NCBI GenBank assembly: GCA_030754595.1
Contig: JASLZZ010000013.1
Span: 1-63,048 of the forward strand
DNA: 63,048 bases
Direction: 5' to 3'
Origin: Nitrospinota bacterium
Lineage (GTDB): Bacteria; UBA8248
Shown here: positions 27,274 to 37,445 of the stretch, one piece after another
How the letters are laid out: every line of letters starts with the position of its first letter
How positions within the stretch are numbered: the first letter of the stretch is position 1
Made by a program: the position numbers and the translations under genes
The notes under the pieces: model-generated
Told to the model about the DNA's origin: nothing
The model's input: the letters and a program-made list of their open reading frames with translations, nothing else
Databases searched by the model: none

Positions 27274-27307
27274 CCGCCCCGCCGGCGGATGCCCCCGACA
27301 GGAGCGC

Positions 27308-28534
27308 ATGATGAGTTCCGAGGCCGAACAGGCCGCCGCACCGGACCGGGATATTCTCGGTCCCATTCGCACCGAGACGATGACCCTCAACATGGGTCCG
27401 CAGCACCCGAGCACCCACGGCGTCCTCCGCGTGCGGCTCGAGCTCGAGGGCGAGATGGTGCTCGCCTGCCGCCCCGATATCGGCTATCTCCACACCGGCT
27501 TCGAAAAGAACATGGAGGAGAAGACCTACAACAAGGCGCTCCCCATGACCGACCGCATGGACTACCTCGCGCCCATGTCGAACAACCTGGGTTTCGTCCT
27601 CGCGGTCGAGCGGCTTCTCGACCTGGAAATCACGCGGCGGTGCAGCTATCTGCGCGTGCTCCTGGCCGAGTTGACGCGGATCCAGAGCCACCTCGTCTGG
27701 CTGGGGACCCACGCCCTCGACCTCGGGGCGATGACGGTGTTCCTCTACTGCTTCAGGGAGCGCGAGGCCCTCCTCAAGATTTTCGAGAAGGTCGCTGGGG
27801 TGCGGATGATGACGAGCTACTTCCGCGTCGGGGGCGTCTCCCGCGAGCCCTACCTCGAGTTCCATGCCGACTGCCGGAGATTTCTGGACGAATTTCCCGC
27901 CAAGATGGACGACTACGAGGAACTCCTCACGGACAATCCGATTTTCAGGGGCCGCACCCGGGGGGTCGGAGCGATTTCGGCCGAGAAAGCCCTAGCCCAC
28001 GGCGTGACGGGGCCGCTCCTCCGCGCCTGCGGAGTGGACTACGACATCCGGAAAAAAGAGCCCTACCTCGCCTACGAGGAGTTCGATTTCGGCGTCCCCC
28101 TTGGCGAGACCGGCGACATCTACGACCGCTACCTAGTGCGCTTAGCCGAGATGCGCGAGTCGCGCGAAATCGCCATCCAGGCGATCGAGGGGATGCCCGA
28201 GGGACCGCTCATGGCGGACGATCCCAAGGTGGTCCCCCCGCCCAAGGAACGGCTCTCCACCGACATGGAAGCGCTGATTCATCATTTCAAAATCTTCACC
28301 GAGGGCTATCAGGTTCCCGCCGGCGAGGTGTATCAGGCCACCGAGTCCCCGCGCGGGGAGATCGGCTACTACATCATCAGCGACGGAAGCCCCAGCCCGT
28401 ATAAAGTGAAAGTCCGCGCCCCGAGCTTTTCAAATCTCTTTTCGATGGCGGAGATGGTGAAGGGCGGGATGTTTGGCGACGTGGTGGCCGCGCTGGGAAG
28501 CGTGGACATCGTTTTGGGAGAGATCGACCGCTAG
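27308..28534 (+). CDS. nuoD: NADH-quinone oxidoreductase subunit D (set 1)
   Basis: NMGPQHPSTHGVLR, GYLH, DRMDY, ESPRGE, GEIDR. Confidence 0.97.
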   Translation: MMSSEAEQAAAPDRDILGPIRTETMTLNMGPQHPSTHGVLRVRLELEGEMVLACRPDIGYLHTGFEKNMEEKTYNKALPMTDRMDYLAPMSNNLGFVLAVERLLDLEITRRCSYLRVLLAELTRIQSHLVWLGTHALDLGAMTVFLYCFREREALLKIFEKVAGVRMMTSYFRVGGVSREPYLEFHADCRRFLDEFPAKMDDYEELLTDNPIFRGRTRGVGAISAEKALAHGVTGPLLRACGVDYDIRKKEPYLAYEEFDFGVPLGETGDIYDRYLVRLAEMRESREIAIQAIEGMPEGPLMADDPKVVPPPKERLSTDMEALIHHFKIFTEGYQVPAGEVYQATESPRGEIGYYIISDGSPSPYKVKVRAPSFSNLFSMAEMVKGGMFGDVVAALGSVDIVLGEIDR

Positions 28535-28560
28535 GCGGCCGGTTTCCAGAGGAGCAGGGT

Positions 28561-29187
28561 TTGTCGATAGAGCGGTTTCCGCATTCCGCGAAAGAGGAAA
28601 GCTTCGAGTTCGCGCCCGAGGTCCGGGCCGAGTTCGACCGGATCGTCGAAAAATACCCGGTGAAGCGCTCGGCGCTCATCCCGGCGCTTCAGCTCGCGCA
28701 AAAGCAAAATGGCTACATCTCGAGCGCCGTGATGCAGCACGTCGCCGGTATATTCGACATCTCGGCGATGGATGTCTGGGGGGTGGTGAGCTTTTACAGC
28801 ATGCTCAAGACCCATCCCATCGGGGAGTATCATTTTCAGCTTTGCAGCAATCTCTCGTGCAACTTGCTGGGTTCGGGCGCTCTCCTCAGGCGGATCGAGG
28901 AGCGGCTCGGAATCAGGGCGGGCGAGACGCGGGCGGACGGCAAGTTTTCCCTCGAGAGGGTCGAGTGCCTGGGCGCCTGCGGAGGGGGGCCCTGCGTTCA
29001 GATCAACGTGGATTATTTCGAGTGCGCAACGCCCGAAATGATCGACGGGATTATCTCGGCCCTGGAGAAGGGCGAGTATGTGCCCCCCGTCGGCGCGGAC
29101 GAGGTGGCCCCGCCGCCAGCTGCCGCTGCCGAGGCGGCGGCGGCCGGCGATGGGACCGCCAATGTGGCTGGAAAAGCGGAAGGCTAG
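28561..29187 (+). CDS. nuoE: NADH-quinone oxidoreductase subunit E
   Basis: CSNLSC...CLGAC [2Fe-2S] ligands. Confidence 0.95.
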   Translation: MSIERFPHSAKEESFEFAPEVRAEFDRIVEKYPVKRSALIPALQLAQKQNGYISSAVMQHVAGIFDISAMDVWGVVSFYSMLKTHPIGEYHFQLCSNLSCNLLGSGALLRRIEERLGIRAGETRADGKFSLERVECLGACGGGPCVQINVDYFECATPEMIDGIISALEKGEYVPPVGADEVAPPPAAAAEAAAAGDGTANVAGKAEG

Positions 29188-29202
29188 GAAGAGACTGCGC
29201 GA

Positions 29203-30516
29203 ATGAATCTGCGTCTGGACGCACTGGTTACCGAGAAGATCGTCTCGGCCCGCTTCGGCGACGCCGGGGCGGCGGATATCGGCGGCTACGAAGCCTCGGG
29301 CGGCTACCGGGCCATCCGCAAGATTTTCGGCCAGACCGGCCCGAAGGATGTCATCGAGATCGTCAAGGCCTCCGGCCTTCGCGGGCGCGGCGGCGCTGGC
29401 TTCCCCTGCGGGCTCAAGTGGAGCTTCGTGCCCGACATGGACGGACCCAAGTACCTCGCGGTCAATGCCGACGAGGGCGAGCCCGGTACCTTCAAGGACC
29501 GCGAACTCATGCTCCGCGATCCGCACCAGCTCATCGAGGGCATCCTCATCGCCTGCTACGCGGTGGGAATCGAGAAGGCCTATATCTTCATCCGGGGCGA
29601 GTTCGACGCCCCGGCGCGATCGGTCAACAAGGCGCTGGCCGAGGCCTATGAGGCGGGCTACATCGGGGAGAACATCCTGGGCAGCGGGTTCTCCTGCGAC
29701 ATTTACACCCACATGGGCGCCGGGGCCTATATTTGCGGCGAGGAGACGGGGCTGCTCGAATCCCTCGAAGGAAAGCGCGGCCACCCGCGCCTGAAGCCGC
29801 CGTTCCCGGCGATTGTCGGGCTCTACGGCCGGCCCACCGTGGTGAACAACGTCGAGACGCTCTCGAACCTTTCGCACATCATCGAGCGGGGCGCGGATTG
29901 GTACGCCGGCATCGGGATCGACGAGAAGAACACGGGCACCCGGATGTACTGCGTTTCGGGCCACGTGGAAAAGCCCGGTCTCTACGAGTTGCCCCTCGGG
30001 CTCACCCTCGAAGAGATCGTCGACGGGCACTGCGGCGGAATGCGCGGCGGAAAGGCGCTCAAGGCGGTGATCCCCGGAGGGGCAAGCGCGCCGGTGCTGA
30101 CCACGAAGGAGATCCGCGAGGATAAGATCCGGATGGATTTCGACGCCCTGGCCCGGGCCGGGAGCATGGGCGGAAGCGGCGGGGTGATCGTGATGGACGA
30201 GACGACGTGCATGGTCCAGGCGGCCCAGCGGCTGGCCCTGTTCTATGAGGAAGAATCCTGCGGGCAGTGCTCTGTCTGCCGGGAGGGGACGGGCTGGGTG
30301 GCCGGGATTTTCTCGCGGCTGGAAAACGGCCGGGGCGTCCCCGACGATCTGGGGACGCTCGAGTCGATCGATGTCAACATGAGAGGAAACACCATCTGCG
30401 TTCTCTCGGACGCCTGCGCGATGATGTTCGGCGCGTTCGTGAAAAAGTTCCGGAGCGAGTTCGAGGCCCATATCGAGGGCGGGCGCTGCCCGCTCGGGAG
30501 CCCGTATCCCGCTTGA
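29203..30516 (+). CDS. nuoF: NADH-quinone oxidoreductase subunit F
   Basis: GRGGAGFP, NADEGEPG, GAGAYICGEET, CGQCSVC. Confidence 0.97.
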   Translation: MNLRLDALVTEKIVSARFGDAGAADIGGYEASGGYRAIRKIFGQTGPKDVIEIVKASGLRGRGGAGFPCGLKWSFVPDMDGPKYLAVNADEGEPGTFKDRELMLRDPHQLIEGILIACYAVGIEKAYIFIRGEFDAPARSVNKALAEAYEAGYIGENILGSGFSCDIYTHMGAGAYICGEETGLLESLEGKRGHPRLKPPFPAIVGLYGRPTVVNNVETLSNLSHIIERGADWYAGIGIDEKNTGTRMYCVSGHVEKPGLYELPLGLTLEEIVDGHCGGMRGGKALKAVIPGGASAPVLTTKEIREDKIRMDFDALARAGSMGGSGGVIVMDETTCMVQAAQRLALFYEEESCGQCSVCREGTGWVAGIFSRLENGRGVPDDLGTLESIDVNMRGNTICVLSDACAMMFGAFVKKFRSEFEAHIEGGRCPLGSPYPA

Positions 30517-30543
30517 GCGGGGCGGTTTTTTTGAGGCGAGTCG

Positions 30544-33108
30544 ATGCCTGACGCTGAAATCACGTTTACCCTGAACAGACGGGAGTTGAAGGCGCGAAAG
30601 GACGAGAGCGTCCTCGGCGCCGCGTTGCGCGCCGGGGTGCACATCCCCCACTTCTGCTACCACAAAAATCTTTCCGTGGTGGGCCAATGCCGCGCCTGCC
30701 TGGTGGAGATCGTGGACCTGGGCAACGGCAACGGCCTCCCCAAGCTCCAGCCTTCCTGCGCGATGAAGGCGGGGGAGGGAATGGTGGTCGAATCGGCGAA
30801 CGCTCGCGTCAAGGAGGCTCAAGAGACCGTCTTCGAGTTCCTGCTCAAGAACCATCCGCTGGATTGCCCCGTCTGCGATCAGGGAGGCGAGTGCCCTCTG
30901 CAGGATCAGACCATGGCCTTCGGCAAAGCGATCAGCCGGACGCACGAGCTGCGCCGCCTCTATCCCGAAAAAGAAATCAGCCCCTATATCAAGCCTCAGA
31001 TGAATCGGTGCGTTCACTGCACCCGGTGCGTCCGCTTCTCCGGCGAGATCGACGGGGGCGGCGAGTTCGGTTGGGCCGGCCGGGGAGACCGGACCGAGGT
31101 GGGGATTTTCCAGGACCTTCCCCTGACGAGCATCGTCTCGGGCAACGTCATTGATATCTGCCCGGTGGGCGCCCTCACCGACAACAAGTACCGCTTCACC
31201 GCCCGGGTATGGGAGATGAAGGATGTCGAGGGGCCCTGCACCCACTGCAGTGTGGGCTGCAGCCAACGGGTCTGGAACCGAGAAAATGAGATCATGCGCG
31301 TCACCGCCGGGGAGAACGTGGAGGTGAACGATACCTGGATCTGCGACGTGGCCCGGTGGGGCTGGAGCGGCGCTGGGAGTAAAGAGCGCATCGACGGCCC
31401 CATGATCCGCGAAGGGGGCGAGCTTCGCTCCGCCGGCTGGGACGAGGCGCTCTCACTGGTTGCCTCCCGCCTGGACGGCATCCGCTCGGAGAGCGGCGGC
31501 GCGGCGCTGGCGGGGCTGGGCGGCGCGCGCTCGACGAACGAGGCCGCCTACCAGTTCGGTGCGCTTTTCAGGTCGGTTTTGGGCACCAATAACATCGACT
31601 GCCGGGTTCATCCGCGCGACACAGCCCAGACCGAGGCCCAGCGAGAGGGGCTTGGCGCGGCGGGCGGCTTCGGCTCCCTGACCGGCCTCGCCGAGGCGAG
31701 GGCGATCCTGCTCGTGGGCAGCGATCCTTTCGAGGAGCATCCGATCCTGGCCCTTCAGGCCCGCAAGGCCCACCGCGCAGGGGCCAGTATCGTCAGCCTT
31801 CATCCGAGGCGGATCGATCTGCGCATCCTAGGGCGGATGCACCACCTCAACCCGCTGCCGTGCGAGGAGGCCCGCGCGCTCACCGCGCTGGCCAGGACCC
31901 TCCTCGACGCGGGCGCCGCGCCGAGGGGCGATGGCGCGGGTGACTACCAAAAAGCGCTTGCGGGAGCCGACACGGACGCTCTGTGCCGGGAATCGGGCAT
32001 CAATGCCGGCGGCCTGGCCGCTGCGGCCGGGGCGCTCCGCCCGGAGGAGGGCGGCGTGGCCGTAGTCGTGGGTCCCGGAATCGGGGACGAGGCGGCGGCG
32101 GCCGAGGCCGTGAACATCGCGCTGATGCTGGGTGCCGAGATTCTCTTCGCCTCGGGCGCGCCCAATCTCCAGGGGGCGCTCGACATGGGTCTTCACCCCG
32201 GGTTTCTTCCGGGCGGCGGGGATGCGGCCAGTGACGCCGCCCGCCAGGCCGTGGCCGGTGTGTGGGGCAGGGAGGCACCGGCGTCTTCCTGCCTCGGGAC
32301 GGACGCCATCCTCGAGGCCGCCGCCGGGGGAGAAATTCGCGGGCTTTACCTCTTTGGGTGTGACCCGCTCGCGGAGCACCCTAACGGCGATCTGGCGCGG
32401 CGCGCCCTCGATCGGGCGGAGTTCGTAGTGGTTCACGCCTCCCACCGGAGCGCGGGCAGGGAGTTCGCCGATGTGGTGCTCCCCGCGCCTACGCTCTACG
32501 AGGAGGAGGGAACGGTGACGAATATGGAGCGGCGCGTTCAGCGGCTCAGGCGTTCGGTGAAGCCGGACGGTCCGGAGGTCCGGGAGGCCTCGCGGGTCAT
32601 CGCCGAGCTCGCCCGGCTCATGGAGCGCCCCCTGAAGGCCCAGGGCGCCGCCGCGATTCAGGCCGAGGTGCGTCTCCTCGCCGAGGACTACGCGCCCGCC
32701 TTCGGACGGATGCCGGAGGGCGGGGCCCGCCTCGGGCGGGTGCCGGTGGGCGCTTGTCGGGCCGTGGAGCACGCGCTGGTGTCCGCCCCCGTGGACGGGC
32801 TTCAGTTGATACTCGCTCCCACGATTTGGCTCTCTGGCGCGCTGATCGCGTCGGCGCATCACCTCTCTGGCAAGCCGGGGGCCGCTCTTCGCCTCTCGCC
32901 CACCGACGCCGGAAGGCTGGGCGTCGCCGAGGGCATGGAGGTCGGCGTAGAGCTGGGCGGCGAGACGATCCACCTGCCCGCGCGGGTGGACGAATCGCTT
33001 CCGGTGGGCGTGGCGCAGGCCCCCGAGGCCTTACCCGGCGCTCTACTCAACCGCGGCGGGGCGGTGATTCGCGTCTCGCCCGCCGAGAAAGAAACGGTGG
33101 GGGCGTAA
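30544..33108 (+). CDS. nuoG: NADH-quinone oxidoreductase subunit G (long form with N7 motif)
   Basis: CYH..CRAC, HPLDCPVCDQGGEC, CVHCTRC, CTHCSVGC...C. Confidence 0.97.
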   Translation: MPDAEITFTLNRRELKARKDESVLGAALRAGVHIPHFCYHKNLSVVGQCRACLVEIVDLGNGNGLPKLQPSCAMKAGEGMVVESANARVKEAQETVFEFLLKNHPLDCPVCDQGGECPLQDQTMAFGKAISRTHELRRLYPEKEISPYIKPQMNRCVHCTRCVRFSGEIDGGGEFGWAGRGDRTEVGIFQDLPLTSIVSGNVIDICPVGALTDNKYRFTARVWEMKDVEGPCTHCSVGCSQRVWNRENEIMRVTAGENVEVNDTWICDVARWGWSGAGSKERIDGPMIREGGELRSAGWDEALSLVASRLDGIRSESGGAALAGLGGARSTNEAAYQFGALFRSVLGTNNIDCRVHPRDTAQTEAQREGLGAAGGFGSLTGLAEARAILLVGSDPFEEHPILALQARKAHRAGASIVSLHPRRIDLRILGRMHHLNPLPCEEARALTALARTLLDAGAAPRGDGAGDYQKALAGADTDALCRESGINAGGLAAAAGALRPEEGGVAVVVGPGIGDEAAAAEAVNIALMLGAEILFASGAPNLQGALDMGLHPGFLPGGGDAASDAARQAVAGVWGREAPASSCLGTDAILEAAAGGEIRGLYLFGCDPLAEHPNGDLARRALDRAEFVVVHASHRSAGREFADVVLPAPTLYEEEGTVTNMERRVQRLRRSVKPDGPEVREASRVIAELARLMERPLKAQGAAAIQAEVRLLAEDYAPAFGRMPEGGARLGRVPVGACRAVEHALVSAPVDGLQLILAPTIWLSGALIASAHHLSGKPGAALRLSPTDAGRLGVAEGMEVGVELGGETIHLPARVDESLPVGVAQAPEALPGALLNRGGAVIRVSPAEKETVGA

Positions 33109-34091
33109 TGGCCTGGCTTGCCATCATCATCATAAAAGTTGTCGTCGCCTTCGGGGCGCTGCTCCTGATAGCAGCCTATATGAGCTGGATGGAGCGGCGC
33201 GTCTTCGCTCTCGTTCAGGTGCGCTACGGCCCCAACCGCGTGGGCCCGGCCGGGCTGTTTCAGCCCATCGCGGACGGGATCAAACTGATGTTCAAGGAGA
33301 CGGTGGTCCCGAGCCAGGCGGACAAGTTCGTATTCTTCATCGCCCCGGCCCTCACGCTGATTCCCGCGCTCGCGGCCTTCGCGGTGGTTCCCTTCGGCGA
33401 TGCCGTCACCTTGTTCGGGCACAAAATCGACCTGGTGGTGGCCGATGTGAACGTCGGCATCCTCTATATCTTCGCGCTGAGCGGGATCGGCATTTACGGT
33501 GTGGTGCTCGGCGCCTGGGCCTCGAACAGCAAGTATCCCCTGATGGGGGGGCTTCGCGCGTCGGCCCAGCTCATCAGCTACGAGCTCTCGCTGGGCATGT
33601 CACTGCTCGGAGTGGTGATGATCTCCGGCTCGCTGAGCCTCAAGGACATCATCGCCGGGCAGGTGGACTATCCCTTTATTTTTCTTCAGCCGCTGGGCTT
33701 CATTTTGTTCGTCGTTTGCATGCTTGCCGAGACGAACCGGACGCCCTTCGATTTGCCCGAGGCCGAGAGTGAGCTCACCGGCGGTTTTCACACCGAGTAC
33801 TCGAGCATGAACTTCGCTGTCTATTTTCTGGCCGAGTACTGCAACATGATCACGCTCTCGGCGGTGGCGGCGACGTTTTTCCTGGGCGGCTGGCGTGGCC
33901 CGTTCCTGCCGCCGGTGCTGTGGTTCCTGATTAAAATCATCGCGTTCATGTTCTTTTTCATGTGGCTGCGCGCGTCGAGCCCCCGCCTTCGCTACGATCA
34001 GTTAATGGCTTTCGGCTGGAAGGTGCTCCTTCCGCTCTCGATACTGAACGTAGTGGTGACGGCGGTTTTCATTTACTTGATGGATTCTTGA
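33108..34091 (+). CDS. nuoH: NADH-quinone oxidoreductase subunit H (set 1)
   Basis: [30 protein letters not shown] overlaps the nuoG TAA. Confidence 0.97.
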   Translation: MAWLAIIIIKVVVAFGALLLIAAYMSWMERRVFALVQVRYGPNRVGPAGLFQPIADGIKLMFKETVVPSQADKFVFFIAPALTLIPALAAFAVVPFGDAVTLFGHKIDLVVADVNVGILYIFALSGIGIYGVVLGAWASNSKYPLMGGLRASAQLISYELSLGMSLLGVVMISGSLSLKDIIAGQVDYPFIFLQPLGFILFVVCMLAETNRTPFDLPEAESELTGGFHTEYSSMNFAVYFLAEYCNMITLSAVAATFFLGGWRGPFLPPVLWFLIKIIAFMFFFMWLRASSPRLRYDQLMAFGWKVLLPLSILNVVVTAVFIYLMDS

Positions 34092-34142
34092 GCCGCGGGG
34101 CGGGAGCTCCGCTCCCGCGATGCGGCCTATGGAGGAGAGGCC

Positions 34143-34622
34143 ATGCTGGGCGAGGTATTTAGAGGACTGTGGGTGACGATCAAGCACTCCGTCCGTGCCC
34201 GGGAGACGGTCCAGTATCCCGAGGTGCGCGAGGAACTTCCCCCCGGCTACCGGGGGCTTCACAAGCTTCTTCTCTGGGAGGACGGACTGGAGCGCTGCGT
34301 GGGCTGTAAGCTCTGCGCCGCCGCCTGCCCGGTGGAATGCATCTTCGTCGAATCCGGGGAGAACAATCCCGCTAGGCCGGTCTCGAAGGGCGAGCGCTAC
34401 GCGCGCGTTTACGAGATTAACGAGCTGAGGTGTATTTTCTGCGGCTATTGCGAGGAGGCCTGCCCGGTCGGAGCGATCGTTCTGGGCGAGGAATACGAAT
34501 TCTGTGCGGACAGCCGCCAGAAATTCATCTATGGAAAGCGCGATCTGCTCGTGAAGCGGCCCGACGAAATTCCCGAGCTTCAGAGGCGCTATAACGAGAA
34601 AAAGCTGCTCACCTATGTCTAG
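34143..34622 (+). CDS. nuoI: NADH-quinone oxidoreductase subunit I
   Basis: CVGCKLCAAACP and CIFCGYCEEACP. Confidence 0.97.
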   Translation: MLGEVFRGLWVTIKHSVRARETVQYPEVREELPPGYRGLHKLLLWEDGLERCVGCKLCAAACPVECIFVESGENNPARPVSKGERYARVYEINELRCIFCGYCEEACPVGAIVLGEEYEFCADSRQKFIYGKRDLLVKRPDEIPELQRRYNEKKLLTYV

Positions 34623-34676
34623 GCGCGGGCGACGAGCGGGCGAGGGTCCGCCGGAGGGACCAGAGGGGGAGGTTTA

Positions 34677-35195
34677 GTGCCGGGTTTGTTCCTGTTTTAT
34701 CTGACGGCGGCGGTGACGATCGCGGGGGCGATGGGGGTCGTGTCCCAGCCGAACCCGCTCTACTGCGTGTTGAGCCTCATCGCCGCTTTTCTCGGGCTGG
34801 CCGGGCTTTATCTTTCGCTGAGCGCCGAGTTCATCGCCATCGTTCAGGTCGTCATTTACGCCGGCGCCATCATGGTGCTTTTCCTGTTCGTGGTGATGCT
34901 GCTCGATCTGCGCCGAGATGAGTGGATTCCCCTGCGCCTGCCGATCCAGAAGTTCACCGGCGCGCTCATCGGGGTGGGGCTCTTCGCCGTTATCTTGAAG
35001 GTGATATTTTCGGGCTCGGTCCTCACCGGTGCGAAGGGGGAGTTCCCCGCCGAGCGCGTGAGCGAAATCGGAAACACCCAGATCCTCGGGAAGATTCTTC
35101 TCACGGATTATCTCCTGCCCTTCCAGGCGATGGGGGTGTTGTTGTTCGTGGGAATCATCGGCGCGGTGGTGTTGGCCCGCCGCAGGGCGGACTGA
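34677..35195 (+). CDS. nuoJ: NADH-quinone oxidoreductase subunit J (set 1)
   Basis: [16 protein letters not shown]. Confidence 0.96.
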   Translation: MPGLFLFYLTAAVTIAGAMGVVSQPNPLYCVLSLIAAFLGLAGLYLSLSAEFIAIVQVVIYAGAIMVLFLFVVMLLDLRRDEWIPLRLPIQKFTGALIGVGLFAVILKVIFSGSVLTGAKGEFPAERVSEIGNTQILGKILLTDYLLPFQAMGVLLFVGIIGAVVLARRRAD

Positions 35196-35217
35196 GCCCA
35201 AGGAAAGGGAACCGAGC

Positions 35218-35520
35218 GTGGCTCCACTGGAACATTATTTGATCGTCAGCGCCCTGCTCTTCGCGATTGGGGTGGTGGGCGTCGTTGTGCGGCGCAACGC
35301 CATCGTCGTCGTCATGTCGATCGAAATCATGCTGAACGCCGGGAACCTCGCTTTCGTCACGTTCGGCAGATTTCTGGATTCGATGGACGGCCAGCTTATT
35401 GTGTTTTTCGTGATGGGCGTGGCGGCGGCCGAGGCGGCTATCGGGCTCGCCATCCTCATATTGATATACAGAAACCGTGAGTCCACCGACGTGGACAACC
35501 TGAACCTATTGAAGCTTTGA
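35218..35520 (+). CDS. nuoK: NADH-quinone oxidoreductase subunit K (set 1)
   Basis: [17 protein letters not shown]. Confidence 0.96.
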   Translation: MAPLEHYLIVSALLFAIGVVGVVVRRNAIVVVMSIEIMLNAGNLAFVTFGRFLDSMDGQLIVFFVMGVAAAEAAIGLAILILIYRNRESTDVDNLNLLKL

Positions 35521-37433
35521 TGATGAAAACGATCCTTTTCATATTATTGCTCCCCGTGGCCGGGGTATTGGTGAACTTGATCTTCGGCTGGCGGCGGGGA
35601 GAAAAGTTCGCGGGTCAGGTCGCGGCCGGCGTCATGGCGTTGGCCTTCGCGGCCTCGGTCGCCGGATTTGTCCAGCTTCTCGGGCTGCCGGAGGACCAAA
35701 GGCTGATTCGCGCCGATCTGTTCGAGTGGATAGCCGTCGGGACCTTCCGAGTCAGCGCCGGTTTCATGCTCGATCCGCTTTCCTCGGTGATGACGCTGAT
35801 CATCACCGGGGTCGGCGCCCTCATTCACATTTACTCGATTGGGTACATGCACGGCGACCGGGGCGCGGTGCGCTACTTTATTTATCTCAACCTGTTTGTT
35901 TTCTTCATGCTCACCCTGGTTCTCGGCTCGAATTTTCTCGTCCTCTTCGTCGGTTGGGAGGGCGTGGGCCTGTGCAGCTACCTCCTGATCGGATTCTGGT
36001 TCGAGCGGCCCGCCGCGTCCGAGGCGGGCAAGAAGGCATTTGTCGTCAACCGGATCGGCGATTTCTGTTTTCTGATCGCGATGTTCATTCTCATCGGCAT
36101 TTTCGGAACCCTCGACTTCGGGGAAATCCTCCAGGCCGCACCGGTCAAGCTGGCGGCGGGCGGCGGAACCGTCACCTTGGTTTGCCTCCTTCTCTTCGGC
36201 GGGGCGACCGGCAAGAGCGCGCAGATTCCGCTCTTCGTCTGGCTTCCCGACGCGATGGAGGGCCCCACGCCCGTCAGCGCGCTGATCCATGCGGCGACGA
36301 TGGTGACGGCGGGCGTCTACATGATGGCGCGGACCTATTTTCTCTTCGATCTCTCCCCCGCGGCGATGAACGTCGTCGCGGTGATCGGGGCGGCCACGCT
36401 TCTCGTGGCGGCAACCATCGCCATGGTGCAGACCGACATCAAGCGTGTGCTCGCTTACAGCACAGTGAGCCAGCTCGGCTACATGGTGATGGCCTGCGGG
36501 GTGGGCGCCTACTCGGCGGCGATTTTCCATCTCATGACGCATTCCTTCTTTAAGGCACTTCTGTTCATGGGGGCGGGCAGCGTCATTCATGCGCTCGACG
36601 GCGAGCAGGACATGAACCGCATGGGTGGCCTGAGTGCGGCGCTCCCCTCGACTAGCATGACCTGCGCCGTCGCCGCTTTCGCCATCGCGGGCGTGTTTCC
36701 GCTGGCGGGTTTCTTTAGCAAGGACGCCATCCTGTTCGCGGCGATGACCTCGGACCACGGCGGGATCGGGTTCTGGCTGGCCGGCGCGGCGGGCGCCCTG
36801 ATGACCGCCTTTTATATTTTCCGGCTGCTCTTCAAGACCTTCTACGGCCGCTGCAACCTCTCGATAGAGGAGCAGAATCACCTGCACGAGTCGCCCGACG
36901 TCATGACAAGGCCGCTCAAGGCGCTCGCGGTGCTCTCCTTCGCCGGCGGCTGGGTGGGGATCCCCATCATCGCGGGGGCGAACGTGTTCGACGGCTTCCT
37001 CTCGCCGGTGTTCGGCGGCGGCGGCGAGGCGCACCACGAGATCATTTTCGAGCTGGCGATGATGGCGGTTTCGCTTGCCATCGCTGTTTTGGGAATTTAT
37101 ATGGCCTATAACCTTTTCGTTCTCAGCTCGCGAGGGGCCTACGCCTATGCCGAGCGCTGGCCGGGGCTCTACCGGCTGGTTTTAAACAAGTACTACATCG
37201 ACGAGCTTTACGATTTTCTGATCGTCCAGCCCATCCGGCGGCTCTCCGTCCGGCTCTGGAAGGATTTCGACGACGGCCTGGTGGACGCATCGGTGAACGG
37301 CGCGGGCGGTTTTGTGCGCCTGATCGGCTCGGCGGCCCGGCAGCTTCAGACGGGCTATGTAAAAAGCTACGCGGTGATGATGCTGGCGGGCGCACTGGTG
37401 CTGGCGCTCTACCTCACCGCAGGGGCGAAATAA
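35520..37433 (+). CDS. nuoL: NADH-quinone oxidoreductase subunit L (set 1), standard-length lateral helix
   Basis: GKSAQIP, DAMEGPTPVSALIHAATMV, NKYYIDE, single D..VD..VNG segment. Confidence 0.97.
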   Translation: MMKTILFILLLPVAGVLVNLIFGWRRGEKFAGQVAAGVMALAFAASVAGFVQLLGLPEDQRLIRADLFEWIAVGTFRVSAGFMLDPLSSVMTLIITGVGALIHIYSIGYMHGDRGAVRYFIYLNLFVFFMLTLVLGSNFLVLFVGWEGVGLCSYLLIGFWFERPAASEAGKKAFVVNRIGDFCFLIAMFILIGIFGTLDFGEILQAAPVKLAAGGGTVTLVCLLLFGGATGKSAQIPLFVWLPDAMEGPTPVSALIHAATMVTAGVYMMARTYFLFDLSPAAMNVVAVIGAATLLVAATIAMVQTDIKRVLAYSTVSQLGYMVMACGVGAYSAAIFHLMTHSFFKALLFMGAGSVIHALDGEQDMNRMGGLSAALPSTSMTCAVAAFAIAGVFPLAGFFSKDAILFAAMTSDHGGIGFWLAGAAGALMTAFYIFRLLFKTFYGRCNLSIEEQNHLHESPDVMTRPLKALAVLSFAGGWVGIPIIAGANVFDGFLSPVFGGGGEAHHEIIFELAMMAVSLAIAVLGIYMAYNLFVLSSRGAYAYAERWPGLYRLVLNKYYIDELYDFLIVQPIRRLSVRLWKDFDDGLVDASVNGAGGFVRLIGSAARQLQTGYVKSYAVMMLAGALVLALYLTAGAK

Positions 37434-37445
37434 AGGAATGGGAAT

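Noticed and set aside
28531..31266. 911-aa antisense ORF and many other long overlapping ORFs across the nuo, ThDP and MFS genes
   Set aside because: Shadow frames of GC3-rich genes; no recognisable motifs and fully overlapped by well-supported genes
36208..36310. High DNA identity between nuoL1 and nuoL2 (and nuoM1 and nuoM2) tracts as gene conversion
   Set aside because: Confined to the most conserved protein motifs; codon bias suffices without a dS test
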